From the NCBI GenBank assembly GCA_019243005.1, contig JAFAUY010000327.1:1-37806 (forward strand): a stretch of DNA of 37,806 bases. The letters run 5' to 3'. This stretch comes from Verrucomicrobiota bacterium. GTDB lineage: Bacteria > Verrucomicrobiota > Verrucomicrobiia > Chthoniobacterales > JAFAMB01. The notes under the pieces are model-generated. The model saw only the letters and a list, made by a program, of their open reading frames with translations. It was not told where the DNA came from and did no database searches. Of this stretch, positions 26,039-34,872 are shown in pieces. A program made the translations under genes and the position numbers. How positions within the stretch are numbered: the stretch's first letter is position 1; the number at the start of each line of letters is the position of its first letter.

Positions 26039-26400
26039 CCTTTTTCCTCTTCCTACGTCGGGCGTCCCGTTCCCCAGAATTGGACGGACCCGCAGCCCAA
26101 ACGCGTTCAACGTAGTCTTCGCACTGGTACGGACCCCCGTATTTGGCCCGACCCGACGATCAGAATCTGGGTAAGGTCCGGTTTTCAGGTCGAACCATGG
26201 GGCGAGTCGCCCTCAGGAACCGCCGGCGTACCGGTTTGGCCTGCGCGAGCGTTCTTGTATTTCTCGCATCTCTGGTGGGCAGGTCGGCTTCAGAGAATCT
26301 CACCCGCACTCACCCTCCAATCGAAGCCAGCCTGCACCTCGGGTTTAGAAACCGGCAGAGCAAACCAGGCACAGTCACCGCTCAGACGTAGGTTACCACC

Positions 26401-26481
26401 GATTTTTCCTAAAAAATGCGCGATTTAACCGAAAATACTAGATTATTATGCTAAATTTTATATAAATGATAAGTCTCAAGG
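26401..26481 (+). promoter_or_regulatory. AT-rich island A, likely promoter region of the SnoaL-like gene
   Basis: GATTTTTCCTAAAAAATGCGCGATTTAACCGAAAATACTAGATTATTATGCTAAATTTTATATAAATGATAAGTCTCAAGG lies directly before ATG 26482. A TATAAAT box is at 26461-26467. The AT richness contrasts sharply with the GC-rich surroundings. Confidence 0.4.
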
Positions 26482-26997
26482 ATGCATAGGAAGCTGAAAA
26501 CGGTCTTTTTGGCTCTGGTGTGGCTCACCGCTGCGAGCGCGTGGCCGGCCGTGGCGTCCAGCGCTGACCCGGTATGGGCCTTTGACTCGGTGTCGCCCGA
26601 CGGGCCCGACGAGCGGTCGAGCGCCCGGCAGGTTTACCTGCTGATCATGAGGCAGGTAGCGGCGTGGAATTCTCAAGACATCGAAGGGTTCATGGCGGCT
26701 TACTGGAGAAGCCCAAAGCTGGTGTACCTGGACGACGGGGAGCAGATCTTCGGCTGGGACCAACTCTACGCAAATTACCTGAACGGGTTCTCTGACCGCT
26801 CGCTGATGGGTTACCTTGAAGCCCAGCGGGTTAAAGTCCAGATGCTGGAGCCCGACATGGCCTACGTGCTCTTGTGGTGGGACATGCTCATGGGACGCCC
26901 GCGAAGCAAGGTTGTCGGAACGTCGACCCTGGTGGTGCGACGCCTTGGTGACGATTGGAAGATCGTCGCCTCGCACACCACCTCTCTGCAGCCTTGA
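26482..26997 (+). CDS. Secreted NTF2-like (SnoaL/DUF4440-type) protein
   Basis: Signal peptide MHRKLKTVFLALVWLTAASAWPAVASS. The NTF2-like core includes AAWNSQDIEGFMAAYW and WKIVASHTT. Confidence 0.6.
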   Translation: MHRKLKTVFLALVWLTAASAWPAVASSADPVWAFDSVSPDGPDERSSARQVYLLIMRQVAAWNSQDIEGFMAAYWRSPKLVYLDDGEQIFGWDQLYANYLNGFSDRSLMGYLEAQRVKVQMLEPDMAYVLLWWDMLMGRPRSKVVGTSTLVVRRLGDDWKIVASHTTSLQP

Positions 26998-27113
26998 GTT
27001 GGCGTCGGCCTAGCACGCGGTCGGGCAGGCGTGCACGCTCATGCGTAAATTTCGTGGCCACGATAACGGCCGGGATCATCGCGCCAATAACGGCCAGTTC
27101 GTTCCCGTTTATT

Positions 27114-27142
27114 CCCCTTGGGCGGGCTCTGCGCCCAAGGGG
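27114..27142. terminator. Perfect 11-bp stem hairpin between convergent genes
   Basis: CCCCTTGGGCG (27114-27124), loop GGCTCTG, then CGCCCAAGGGG (27132-27142). No clear U-tract on either strand. Confidence 0.4.
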
Positions 27143-27237
27143 GTTCCTCGCACCCGGCCACCGGCAAAAGCCCTTGGCCGGAAAAAGTTTGTTTTCTCTC
27201 CGCACGACGTCGCTGCACGCGACGGCTCAGGCGACGG

Positions 27238-27432
27238 CTACGCTTGCGCAGGTCTCGGCTTGGTCGGAACCCAACTAGTCTTCGGGTTAGAGGCTTGCCC
27301 CTGCAAGGCCCTCCGGCCGGTCTCTTCCTGATAACGTGCGCGGCGCACCTGATCCTTGCCTGGCAATCCCAAGTCCGAAGAGACGTGCATCAGGGAACCA
27401 ATCGCCAGAGCGCCATATACTAGTTTTTTCAT
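27238..27432 (-). CDS. Hypothetical small protein with signal-peptide-like N-terminus
   Basis: MKKLVYGALAIGSLMHVSS, followed by a basic R/Q-rich tail. The ATG abuts AT-rich island B. No SD and no recognisable motif. Confidence 0.3.
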   Translation of the reverse strand: MKKLVYGALAIGSLMHVSSDLGLPGKDQVRRARYQEETGRRALQGQASNPKTSWVPTKPRPAQA

Positions 27433-27500
27433 AATTTATAAGCAATAACAGCTTAATCCATATAATGGATAAAAATAATAATTTCAAGTAAAGGTAATGC
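27433..27500. promoter_or_regulatory. AT-rich island B in a divergent intergenic region
   Basis: ATAATTTATAAGCAATAACAGCTTAATCCATATAATGGATAAAAATAATAATTTCAAGTAAAGG. A TATAAT box lies on the plus strand at 27461-27466. The island sits between the small minus-strand ORF and the amidase gene. Confidence 0.4.
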
Positions 27501-27629
27501 GCCGCCTGCCGATCTGCCTTCAGGCGCCCCGGCGTTAGAGGAGGCGGCCGGTGCGACGAGCGGGTTGGACCGGCGACAATTTTTTGACCCCGACGGGCGC
27601 GTCGCCCCCATTTAGGCTAATATCGGCCC

Positions 27630-28457
27630 GTGTCTGTCCATCGATTGCAGTTTGGATCCGGGGCATCGGTTTTGACCTTGTCTGGGCTATTAGTTTTTCT
27701 GAGCTTTTCAAACCTTGCTGCGGGTGCAACTCCCCGCGGCTTCGACACGGTGGTAGTGGACGCCGGCCACGGTGGGTACGATCCCGGCGGCATCCTGGGC
27801 CTTCGAACCGACCCGAACGAAAAAACGGTGACGTTGGCCGTTGCACGCCGGCTTGCACGTATTCTTCGCTCCCAAGGTTTGCGGGTGGTCATGACCCGCA
27901 ACGGGGACGTGTTTGTTCCCCTGGGCCAACGCACGGCGCCGACCTATTACTTCCGTGGCCATGCCGTTTTCGTCAGCATTCATTTCAACGCGGCGCTCCG
28001 GCCAAGCGCTCGCGGGATTGAAACGTACTATTACCGGCCAGACAGCCTGGGCCTGGCCATGCGCGTTCACCGGGCCATCCTTGCCGCCACGAGAGCGGAG
28101 GATCGTTACGTGCACTGGCGCGGCTTTTTTGTCGTCCGGCGTTCAGCCGTACCGGCCATCCTTTGCGAATGCGGCTTTCTGACCAACCCGGACGAAAGCC
28201 GATTGGCGGACCGTGCCGATTACCAGCAAAGGTTGGCAGGTGCCATCGCGGCCGGCATCATTGCCCAGAGGCGGGAAGGCAACCCGTACGGAATACAGGA
28301 ACCGGTCATCGTCTCCCCGGCCCCACCCGTTTACCGGCCGCTTCGCCACCGTCGCGCAGTTAGCCGGCACTACGGTCGCTCTCGACAGGGTTACTACCAT
28401 CACCGCGCCCACCGCCAAACCAAGACGCGCCGCACCGGCCATCGCCACCGGCATTAG
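27630..28457 (+). CDS. N-acetylmuramoyl-L-alanine amidase (Amidase_3) with a basic His/Arg-rich C-terminal tail
   Basis: Signal-like VLTLSGLLVFLSFSNLAAG, then VVVDAGHGGYDPGG, NEKTVTLAVARRL, FVSIHFNA, GIETYYY and CECGFLTNPDE. GTG start. Confidence 0.85.
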   Translation: MSVHRLQFGSGASVLTLSGLLVFLSFSNLAAGATPRGFDTVVVDAGHGGYDPGGILGLRTDPNEKTVTLAVARRLARILRSQGLRVVMTRNGDVFVPLGQRTAPTYYFRGHAVFVSIHFNAALRPSARGIETYYYRPDSLGLAMRVHRAILAATRAEDRYVHWRGFFVVRRSAVPAILCECGFLTNPDESRLADRADYQQRLAGAIAAGIIAQRREGNPYGIQEPVIVSPAPPVYRPLRHRRAVSRHYGRSRQGYYHHRAHRQTKTRRTGHRHRH

Positions 28458-28520
28458 GAACGGTGTCGGGCGCCGGTCAAAGGCCAAAAAGGCCACCTCT
28501 GAAGGGAGGCCGCCCCCTTC

Positions 28521-28560
28521 GGGAATATGGTAAATATAATGAATTTATTAAATATATACC
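28521..28560 (+). promoter_or_regulatory. AT-rich island C upstream of the CAP-domain gene
   Basis: GGGAATATGGTAAATATAATGAATTTATTAAATATATACC, with TATAAT at 28535-28540. It lies 94 nt upstream of ATG 28634 and is preceded by the small hairpin GAAGGG-N8-CCCTTC (28501-28520). Confidence 0.4.
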
Positions 28561-28633
28561 CGCCCTGGCCGATGGTGACCCAAGGCGCTCCGGTGCCGCT
28601 CAAGGCACGGCGACGCCGGGATCACCTCAAACC

Positions 28634-29197
28634 ATGCCGGCCAAAGCCGTTCTCCTCGCCTGTATTTTCCTTTTATCCATCGTGGCACCGGGCGCCACCG
28701 CTCCGGCCCCCAGTTCAGCCGCCTCGCGATCAGATCTGGAGCAGATCGAACGATTGACCAACCAGCTCCGAACGGGCCGTGGTCTGGCGCCGGTGCACCT
28801 GGACGCCGGCTTATGCCGGGCGGCCGCCGGTCACGCGCTCGACATGGCCCAAAACCACTACTTCGGCCATACCCGGCGCACGACCGGCCTGTTTGGGGAA
28901 AGTACGCCGGGCTCACGGGCGAGTGCCGAAGGCTACCGCTGGAGCTTCATCGCGGAAAATATCGCGTGCGGCCAGCAGACGGCGCCATCAGCGTTCCTTG
29001 CGTGGGCCAGCAGCCGCCCGCATTACCGTAACCTGGTCAGCCCGGCCGTCCGGGAACTCGGTATCGGGACCGCGCGTAACCGCCAGACGAACCGGCCTTA
29101 TTGGGTCATGATGCTGGGTTCACGCCAGGAGAGTTTGGCACCGCCCTCGGAGTTTCTGCGGGCGACGTTCGGCCCGGTCTCTGCGTTCAGCTTCTGA
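28634..29197 (+). CDS. Secreted CAP/SCP (YkwD-like) domain protein
   Basis: ORF 28463..29197. The signal peptide MPAKAVLLACIFLLSIVAPGATA starts at ATG 28634. CAP pattern: AAAGHALDMAQNHYFGHT, GENIACGQ, WASSRPHYRNL, YWVMMLG. Confidence 0.8.
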   Translation: MPAKAVLLACIFLLSIVAPGATAPAPSSAASRSDLEQIERLTNQLRTGRGLAPVHLDAGLCRAAAGHALDMAQNHYFGHTRRTTGLFGESTPGSRASAEGYRWSFIAENIACGQQTAPSAFLAWASSRPHYRNLVSPAVRELGIGTARNRQTNRPYWVMMLGSRQESLAPPSEFLRATFGPVSAFSF

Positions 29198-29202
29198 CCG
29201 CG

Positions 29203-30855
29203 TCACGGCAGTTTGACGCCTGCGGCCAGCAGCTTCGCCAATAAACTGAGGCAGACCAGCAGCAGCAGGAGACACATCGCCCGGTAGAAAGCGACCGGGT
29301 TTCTCTCCAGAAATGAGCCGTTTTTGGGCCGAAACGGCTGGACCCGCTCAGGGTGTCCGAGGTCAAAAAGCATTTCGGAGTAATTTTGGTAGCGCCGTTC
29401 CGGGTCTGGTGAGATCGCCCGCAGCAGCACCGATTCCAGCCAGGGCGGCACGTTCGGGTTCAGCCGGGACACCGTTTTAACCTCATGAAAGTGCGGCGTC
29501 TGGAAACGCTCGATTTCACCGTAAGGGAAGCTCCGGGTGAGGGCTTCGAACAAGGTGACGCCGACGGCGAAGACCTCGGTACGCTCGGAAACGGGCGCTT
29601 CCCGAAAGCGCTCCGGCGCCAGGTAACTGGCCGTACCGGCCCGCGAAGTCACCGAAAAGAGTTCGGTCGTGCTGCCAAGGTCAACGAGCTTGAACGTGAT
29701 GGTGGCATAACTGTTCAGGACGAGAATGTTTTCCGGCTTGAGGTCGCCATGGACGAGGTCGAATCGAAGCAGGTGCTGGCTGGCGTTAAGTAGAAATATC
29801 CCGAGGGCGATGGCCTCATCCACCGCCAGGGGGCGTGAGCGCAGCAGCATCCTCAAGCTGGGCGCTTCGATAAATTCCATCGCGTAGCAACGCACGGTGG
29901 CGTTGTCCGGCAGAAAAGCCTTGACGAAAAATTCGGACGCTTGCAGCCGCGTGGCGTTCCAGGTCTCTTTGACGAATTGATTGAGTACCTCGTCATTCTC
30001 GCGAGCTTCCAGCGGCGCGAATTTCAGCACGAATCGCTGGCCATCATGGGCGGCCAGCCAGGCGCGATCGCTGTGCTGAAATGGCTTGATCAGGGTGAAG
30101 CCGTCGACGACCTCGCCTTTACGGAGCGACGCAGGGATTTCAAGGGGAAGTCTGCTCACGCTTTTGAGTTTACCGGTCTGCGCAATATCGAGCACCACGG
30201 CACTCATATCGTCGAGGCATTCGGGCGTTGCTTTTGCACGGGCGCTGGAGACCAAGGCCCGTGCCGCCCAACGCGCCCGCAGCTTTGCACCGAGCGTCTC
30301 CTCATCGAGCACGTTGGAAACGCCATCCGAACAGAGCAAGGCGACATCTCCGTCCAGGAGGTCGATTTCGAATAAGTGCGGCTCGATTTCCGGCGCGATG
30401 CCGACGGCGCGATCCAGTACATGCCGCATGCCGGGCTCCAGGCGCACGTGGTCATTGGAGAGTTGGCGCAGGTTACCGGCTCGGGAGAGGTAAACCCGCG
30501 AGTCACCCACGTTCAAGCCGTAGAGCTTATCCCCTTCGATCACCGCTACCGACACCGTGGAGATCATCTCGGGTGAACCATAGCGGATAAGCGAATCCTG
30601 GTAGAGCCGCTGGTTCACCAGCCGGATAAACTCTACCAGGGCCTTCGGCGGGCTCCAGCTTTTTGGACGGACCGCGTAATTATTGACCAGCGATTCGACG
30701 ATCCGCACGGACGCTTCCCGGCCTGCCCTGGCCCCGCCGGCGCCGTCCGCCAGCACCGCGATGAGCGTTTCACCCCAGGCCTTTACCGCGAAGGCATCCT
30801 GCGACGGTTCCTTTTCGGAACGCGCGCAGCCAAAGCTGGTGGCGTTCACTTTCAC
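29203..30855 (-). CDS. Bifunctional PP2C-type phosphatase / Ser-Thr protein kinase with a C-terminal TM anchor
   Basis: ORF 29203..30990. Likely GTG start at 30855 or 30849, after the narK stop at 30888. PP2C motifs: LADGAGG, GDSRVY, LLCSDGVSNVLD. Kinase motifs: FVLKF (Lys), HGDLKPENILV, LVDLGS, ASYLAPE. The tail is AMCLLLLLVCLSLLAKLLAAG. Confidence 0.85.
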   Translation of the reverse strand: MKVNATSFGCARSEKEPSQDAFAVKAWGETLIAVLADGAGGARAGREASVRIVESLVNNYAVRPKSWSPPKALVEFIRLVNQRLYQDSLIRYGSPEMISTVSVAVIEGDKLYGLNVGDSRVYLSRAGNLRQLSNDHVRLEPGMRHVLDRAVGIAPEIEPHLFEIDLLDGDVALLCSDGVSNVLDEETLGAKLRARWAARALVSSARAKATPECLDDMSAVVLDIAQTGKLKSVSRLPLEIPASLRKGEVVDGFTLIKPFQHSDRAWLAAHDGQRFVLKFAPLEARENDEVLNQFVKETWNATRLQASEFFVKAFLPDNATVRCYAMEFIEAPSLRMLLRSRPLAVDEAIALGIFLLNASQHLLRFDLVHGDLKPENILVLNSYATITFKLVDLGSTTELFSVTSRAGTASYLAPERFREAPVSERTEVFAVGVTLFEALTRSFPYGEIERFQTPHFHEVKTVSRLNPNVPPWLESVLLRAISPDPERRYQNYSEMLFDLGHPERVQPFRPKNGSFLERNPVAFYRAMCLLLLLVCLSLLAKLLAAGVKLP

Positions 30856-30887
30856 GTCCTTTGTGCGCCCTCGCCGACGGGCCGGGT

Positions 30888-32087
30888 TCAGATGCGCGCG
30901 GCCGCCGCGGCGCCCCACGTGGTGCGCCAGCGCACTTTGACGACGGTGAGGCCGATGATCGCCAGCAGGCAGAGCCCGGCAAAAACGCAAAAGCCGGCCA
31001 CGTACGACCCGGTCAGGCCTTTGGATAACCCCAGCGAACTCGCGAGGTAAAAGCCGCCTACACCCCCACCCGCACCGACCAGGCCGGTCATCACACCGAT
31101 GTCTTTACCAAAGCGTTGCGGCAGGAGCTGAAACACCGACCCGTTGGCCATCCCAAGCGCGCCGGATGCTATCAGGAGCATCGCCAGGTTAAGATAGAGG
31201 TTGTGACCGAACGCCGCGGCGATCAGGGCCAGCGCGGCAGTCAGGTAAAAGCGGTAGAGCGAGCGGATGCCCCCGGCCCGGTCGGCCCACCCGCCGCCTA
31301 CCGGCCGCAGCAGTGCGCCGGTAAAGGTGCAAAGCGCGGCCAGGTCGCCCGCGTGCACGGCCGGGACATTGAATTCGCTTTTGAAAAACAGCACGTAGGA
31401 GCTGGCCAACCCCACAAAGCCGCCAAATGAAATGGTGTAATAAAAGCAGAACCAGTGGGCGTCCCGATCTTTGAGCAGTTTCCAGTAATCGCCAAGCCGC
31501 TTGGGCACCACCTTGACGGGCGCCTCTCTGGACCCCAAAGCGTAGAAGAGCAGCACGAACACGGCCGGGATGAGCGCAATCCCGAAGACAACCCGCCAGC
31601 CGTAGGCCGCAGCCAGTCGCGGCGCAATCAGGGAATCGAGAACGGTCCCGATGTTGCCCGCCCCGGCCAGGCCCATGACCACCCCTTGCATGTTAGGCGG
31701 GTACCAACGGCCTGCCTGCGGCAGGGCCACCGCGAAACTTGCACCGGCAAAACCGAGCACCACGCCTAAGAGCAGCGTGGCCTCAAAGTCCGCCAGCCCG
31801 ACGAGCCAGGCGGTCGCCAGCCCCGCCATGACGATCAGTTGGGCAGTTATACCCGTCTTCTTGGCCCCGAAACGGTCGACCGCCAGCCCGAGCACGATCC
31901 GTAACAATGCGCCCGAGAGGATCGGCACGGCCACCATCAAACCTCTTTGTTCGGCCGTCAGGTGCAGGCTTTCGCCGATCTGGACTCCCAACGGGCCAAG
32001 CACCGTCCAAACCATGAACGAAAAATCAAAATAAATGAAAGCCGCCAGCAGCGTCGGCCAGTGTCCCGCGGATTTGAAGTGGGCCAT
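30888..32087 (-). CDS. narK: MFS nitrate/nitrite transporter (NNP/NarK family)
   Basis: ORF 30888..32387. The conserved part starts at MAHFKSAGHWPTLLAAFIYFDFSFMVW (ATG 32087). It contains GLAVDRFGAKKTG and two nitrate-signature-like glycine motifs, GLAGAGNIG and GLVGAGGGVGG. Confidence 0.8.
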   Translation of the reverse strand: MAHFKSAGHWPTLLAAFIYFDFSFMVWTVLGPLGVQIGESLHLTAEQRGLMVAVPILSGALLRIVLGLAVDRFGAKKTGITAQLIVMAGLATAWLVGLADFEATLLLGVVLGFAGASFAVALPQAGRWYPPNMQGVVMGLAGAGNIGTVLDSLIAPRLAAAYGWRVVFGIALIPAVFVLLFYALGSREAPVKVVPKRLGDYWKLLKDRDAHWFCFYYTISFGGFVGLASSYVLFFKSEFNVPAVHAGDLAALCTFTGALLRPVGGGWADRAGGIRSLYRFYLTAALALIAAAFGHNLYLNLAMLLIASGALGMANGSVFQLLPQRFGKDIGVMTGLVGAGGGVGGFYLASSLGLSKGLTGSYVAGFCVFAGLCLLAIIGLTVVKVRWRTTWGAAAAARI

Positions 32088-32504
32088 ATTCAAGGTAGAT
32101 CGTCTGGTGGTTGGTAAAACGTATAAGGTAAAGACCCCCGCTGAAGCGCGACGCGTGCCAGACGTGAGTTTGACCCCGAAAAAGAGGGCGTAACAGCAGG
32201 TTTCGGGGGTTTTTGAGGTGAGCCGCTTCTCCTGGCCCCGGTCGATTCCGTACCAGGGAAACGGCGAGCGGCCGGGAGGGATTACCTGACCGGGATTGCG
32301 GAATCGAACGGACGAAACGGATCGCTTTTCCCCGGGGTGCAGAGGAGCCGTTTGATTGCTTCGACCCGGCTGAATTTTGGCGCGCAATGTACATTTTTGC
32401 GCACCGGCCTGCTCAAATGATCCCGGTTTCGCCCGGACGCGTCAGGCGCGTCGCGGGAGCTCTCCCTGCGGCCCCCGTGAGGTCCGGCCCCCTTTCCTCG
32501 CTCG

Positions 32505-33941
32505 CTACCCGCGATTGCGGTGCGGCCTTTTCGGCCGGCTGGGCCGGGGCCGGCTGCGCCGGTCACCCTTGCCATCCCGCCTCCGGCCTCCAAAGGGTTC
32601 CTCGGCCGCCTCGGCGGAAGGAGGCCGGGGTGACACCTCGACGCGACGATTGTCGTCCTTTCGCAGCTCCTGGATGGCCGCACAGGCAATATCCGTCGAT
32701 AAGAACCCCTGCTCCAATAGGCGGTCCACGATATCCTGTTCGGCCTGGAAACCATCCTGCAAGAGCGCGCTCCGGATGCGCTCGAAAAAGACGCTGGTCC
32801 GCTTTTCCTCGATTTGCTCCAGGGAGGGAGGCATGCGGCGCAGGATTTTGGTCCGGGCATAGCGCTCGATGCTTTGCAGTTTGTAGATCTCACGCCCGGC
32901 CGCGAACGAGATGGCGCGTCCCGATCGGCCGACGCGCCCGGTCCGGCCGATCCGGTGCACGTAGTCCTCTTCGTCCCAGGGCAAATCGTAGTTAAACACC
33001 ACCTCGACGTTCTCGACATCGAGCCCCCGGGCCGCGACGTCCGTGGCCACCAGAAATTCCAGGTTGCCCGTGCGGAATTTTTGCATCACCCGGTCCCGTT
33101 GGGCCTGGCTCATGTCGCCGTGCAACCGGTCGGCCAGGTAACCCCGGGCGACCAGCTCATCGGCCAGGTCGTCGACCATGCGTTTGGTGTTGCAAAAGAT
33201 GATGGCGAGTTTGAGGTCAAGGAAGTCGATCAAACGGGTAAGCACCTCGGTTTTGGACCGTCCGTGGATTTCATAATACGTCTGTTCGACCGTGGGGACG
33301 GTCAGCATCTTGTGCTCGATCCGCACGTTTTGAGGGTCGCGCCCGAAGGTACGGATCAGCTCCTGGATCGGTTTCGAGAACGTTGCTGAAAAGCAAATGA
33401 ACTGCCGGGTGGACGGTACGGCTCGCAAGATCTCCTCGATGTCCTCGCGGAAACCCATGTCGAGCATCTTATCGGCCTCGTCCAACACGGCCATCCGGAC
33501 CTGGTCCAGGCGCAAGGTACCCCGGCTCAAATGATCCAGGACCCGGCCGGGCGTTCCGATGACGATCTGCGCTCCCTGACGCAGGGCACGCAACTGCCGG
33601 TCATAAGACTGACCGCCGTAGATCGGCACGCAGTGAAGTCCCTGCTTGAAGACGGCAAGTTTGAAAACGTCCTCCGCCACCTGCACGGCGAGTTCGCGGG
33701 TTGGACAAAGGATAATCGCCTGCACCACTCCCTGCTGCGGATCGGTTCGCTCGATTAGGGGAATCGCAAAAGCCGCGGTTTTACCCGAACCGGTTTGCGA
33801 TTGGCCGATGACGTCACGACCGTCAAGGAGCAGGGGAATGGTTTCTGCCTGGATGGGGGTAGCTTTTTCATACCCGAGGCGGTCAATGGCTTTCAGCAGC
33901 TCCGGGGACAGGTTGAGTTCGGAAAAAAGTTTCGCGGTCAT
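32505..33941 (-). CDS. DEAD-box ATP-dependent RNA helicase with an Arg-rich C-terminal tail
   Basis: ORF 32505..34004, with ATG 33941 (MTAKLFSELNLSPELLKAI). Motifs: TPIQ, SQTGSGKT, DEAD, SAT, ARGLD, HRIGRTGR. Confidence 0.9.
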   Translation of the reverse strand: MTAKLFSELNLSPELLKAIDRLGYEKATPIQAETIPLLLDGRDVIGQSQTGSGKTAAFAIPLIERTDPQQGVVQAIILCPTRELAVQVAEDVFKLAVFKQGLHCVPIYGGQSYDRQLRALRQGAQIVIGTPGRVLDHLSRGTLRLDQVRMAVLDEADKMLDMGFREDIEEILRAVPSTRQFICFSATFSKPIQELIRTFGRDPQNVRIEHKMLTVPTVEQTYYEIHGRSKTEVLTRLIDFLDLKLAIIFCNTKRMVDDLADELVARGYLADRLHGDMSQAQRDRVMQKFRTGNLEFLVATDVAARGLDVENVEVVFNYDLPWDEEDYVHRIGRTGRVGRSGRAISFAAGREIYKLQSIERYARTKILRRMPPSLEQIEEKRTSVFFERIRSALLQDGFQAEQDIVDRLLEQGFLSTDIACAAIQELRKDDNRRVEVSPRPPSAEAAEEPFGGRRRDGKGDRRSRPRPSRPKRPHRNRG

Positions 33942-34178
33942 AACATGACAAGAGAAAGATGCCTTCACCGTTAGCGCAGAGGCAGAGCTTGCCGGTCGCG
34001 CCAAAGGGGGAAAATTCAGTAGCCTGTATCCTAAAGCGAACCGGCCAAATTACAAACCGGCGGTGCCTCCCCGGTGATTACCTTTATTGTACCCGGCCCC
34101 GGCGTGGTTCGCGGCCCGCGGCCTTTCTCCGATCCGGCGCCCGGATGCCGGACACCGGACGCAGAAGATGACCGCCCC

Positions 34179-34598
34179 CTACTCGGCGGCTTCGCCGGCC
34201 GCGACGTAGTCGCCTTCCACGCGCACAATCTCGATCAGGTTGTTGAACGGATCGCGCGTGAAAAAGCGCGGGCGGAAGGGTAAAGGCCGCGCTTCCCGGA
34301 TCGCATGCCCGCCATGACGGAGCCGCGCCCGGCACCCTTCCAAGTCATCGATCTGAAGGCAAAAATGGTGCGTCGAGTCATCCGGGACCGGTTTCGGATC
34401 GGGCACGCAATGCAACTCCACGCCCTCTTGCCCGGTCTGAAACCAGATCCAACCGAGGGCCTTGGCGCTGCGTGGCACGGGTTTCTCCCGAAAACCGAGC
34501 AGATCCAGGTAGAACCTGCGCAAGGTCGGTTCCTCTCCCGGAGTAAACGTAATCGTCACATGCTGGAAACGCGGCGGAGCGGGGGTTTGAGGGTCCAT
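34179..34598 (-). CDS. VOC (glyoxalase/bleomycin resistance/dioxygenase) family protein
   Basis: ORF 34179..34682, with ATG 34598 (MDPQTPAPPRFQHVTITF). Contains FYLDLLGF, HHFCLQIDDL, FTRDPFNNLIEI. Confidence 0.65.
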   Translation of the reverse strand: MDPQTPAPPRFQHVTITFTPGEEPTLRRFYLDLLGFREKPVPRSAKALGWIWFQTGQEGVELHCVPDPKPVPDDSTHHFCLQIDDLEGCRARLRHGGHAIREARPLPFRPRFFTRDPFNNLIEIVRVEGDYVAAGEAAE

Positions 34599-34872
34599 AG
34601 AGACAGAACCTCCCGATCCGTTGCGCCGGTGCAATCCAAAAATCCGACCGGCCGGGCCCGCAAAGGGCCACGCCCTCCGCATCAGCGGATCACCGGCGCC
34701 TTGCCGCCGGTATTTTCACGAGAGCGTTTTCGCGGGCACAAAAATTGCCCGTAAGTGATAAGCCTGGTCAAAATATCGTCGTAAAGGATAAAATTGAATG
34801 AGTATGCCCGGGCGATAGTTTTGGGCGCGAAAAAAAGTCCAGCTCGAATAAAAGTCAACGGTGGCGATAACA

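Noticed and set aside
26143-26391. An 82-aa ORF with an internal MGRVALRNRRRTGLACASVLVFLASLVG segment resembling a signal or Tat-like peptide, in the GT4 / SnoaL-like divergent spacer.
   Set aside because: No SD and no recognisable mature domain, and the composition after the hydrophobic stretch looks random. Too weak to call, although a small exported peptide cannot be excluded.
26100-26400. A possible structured RNA (SRP, 6S or RNase P-like) in the 440-nt spacer, prompted by GGTAAGGTCCGG and several GC-rich stems.
   Set aside because: I could not find the conserved cores (for example the SRP GGAAGCAGCC-type motif or the RNase P GAGGAAAGTCCGG). An Infernal/Rfam scan would be needed.
27114-27240. 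In-frame continuation after the TAG stop of the small ORF 27238-27432 for about 40 more codons, up to a TAA inside the 27114-27142 hairpin (possible readthrough).
   Set aside because: The downstream frame has no motif. Open frames after stops are common in GC-rich DNA, and nothing suggests recoding.
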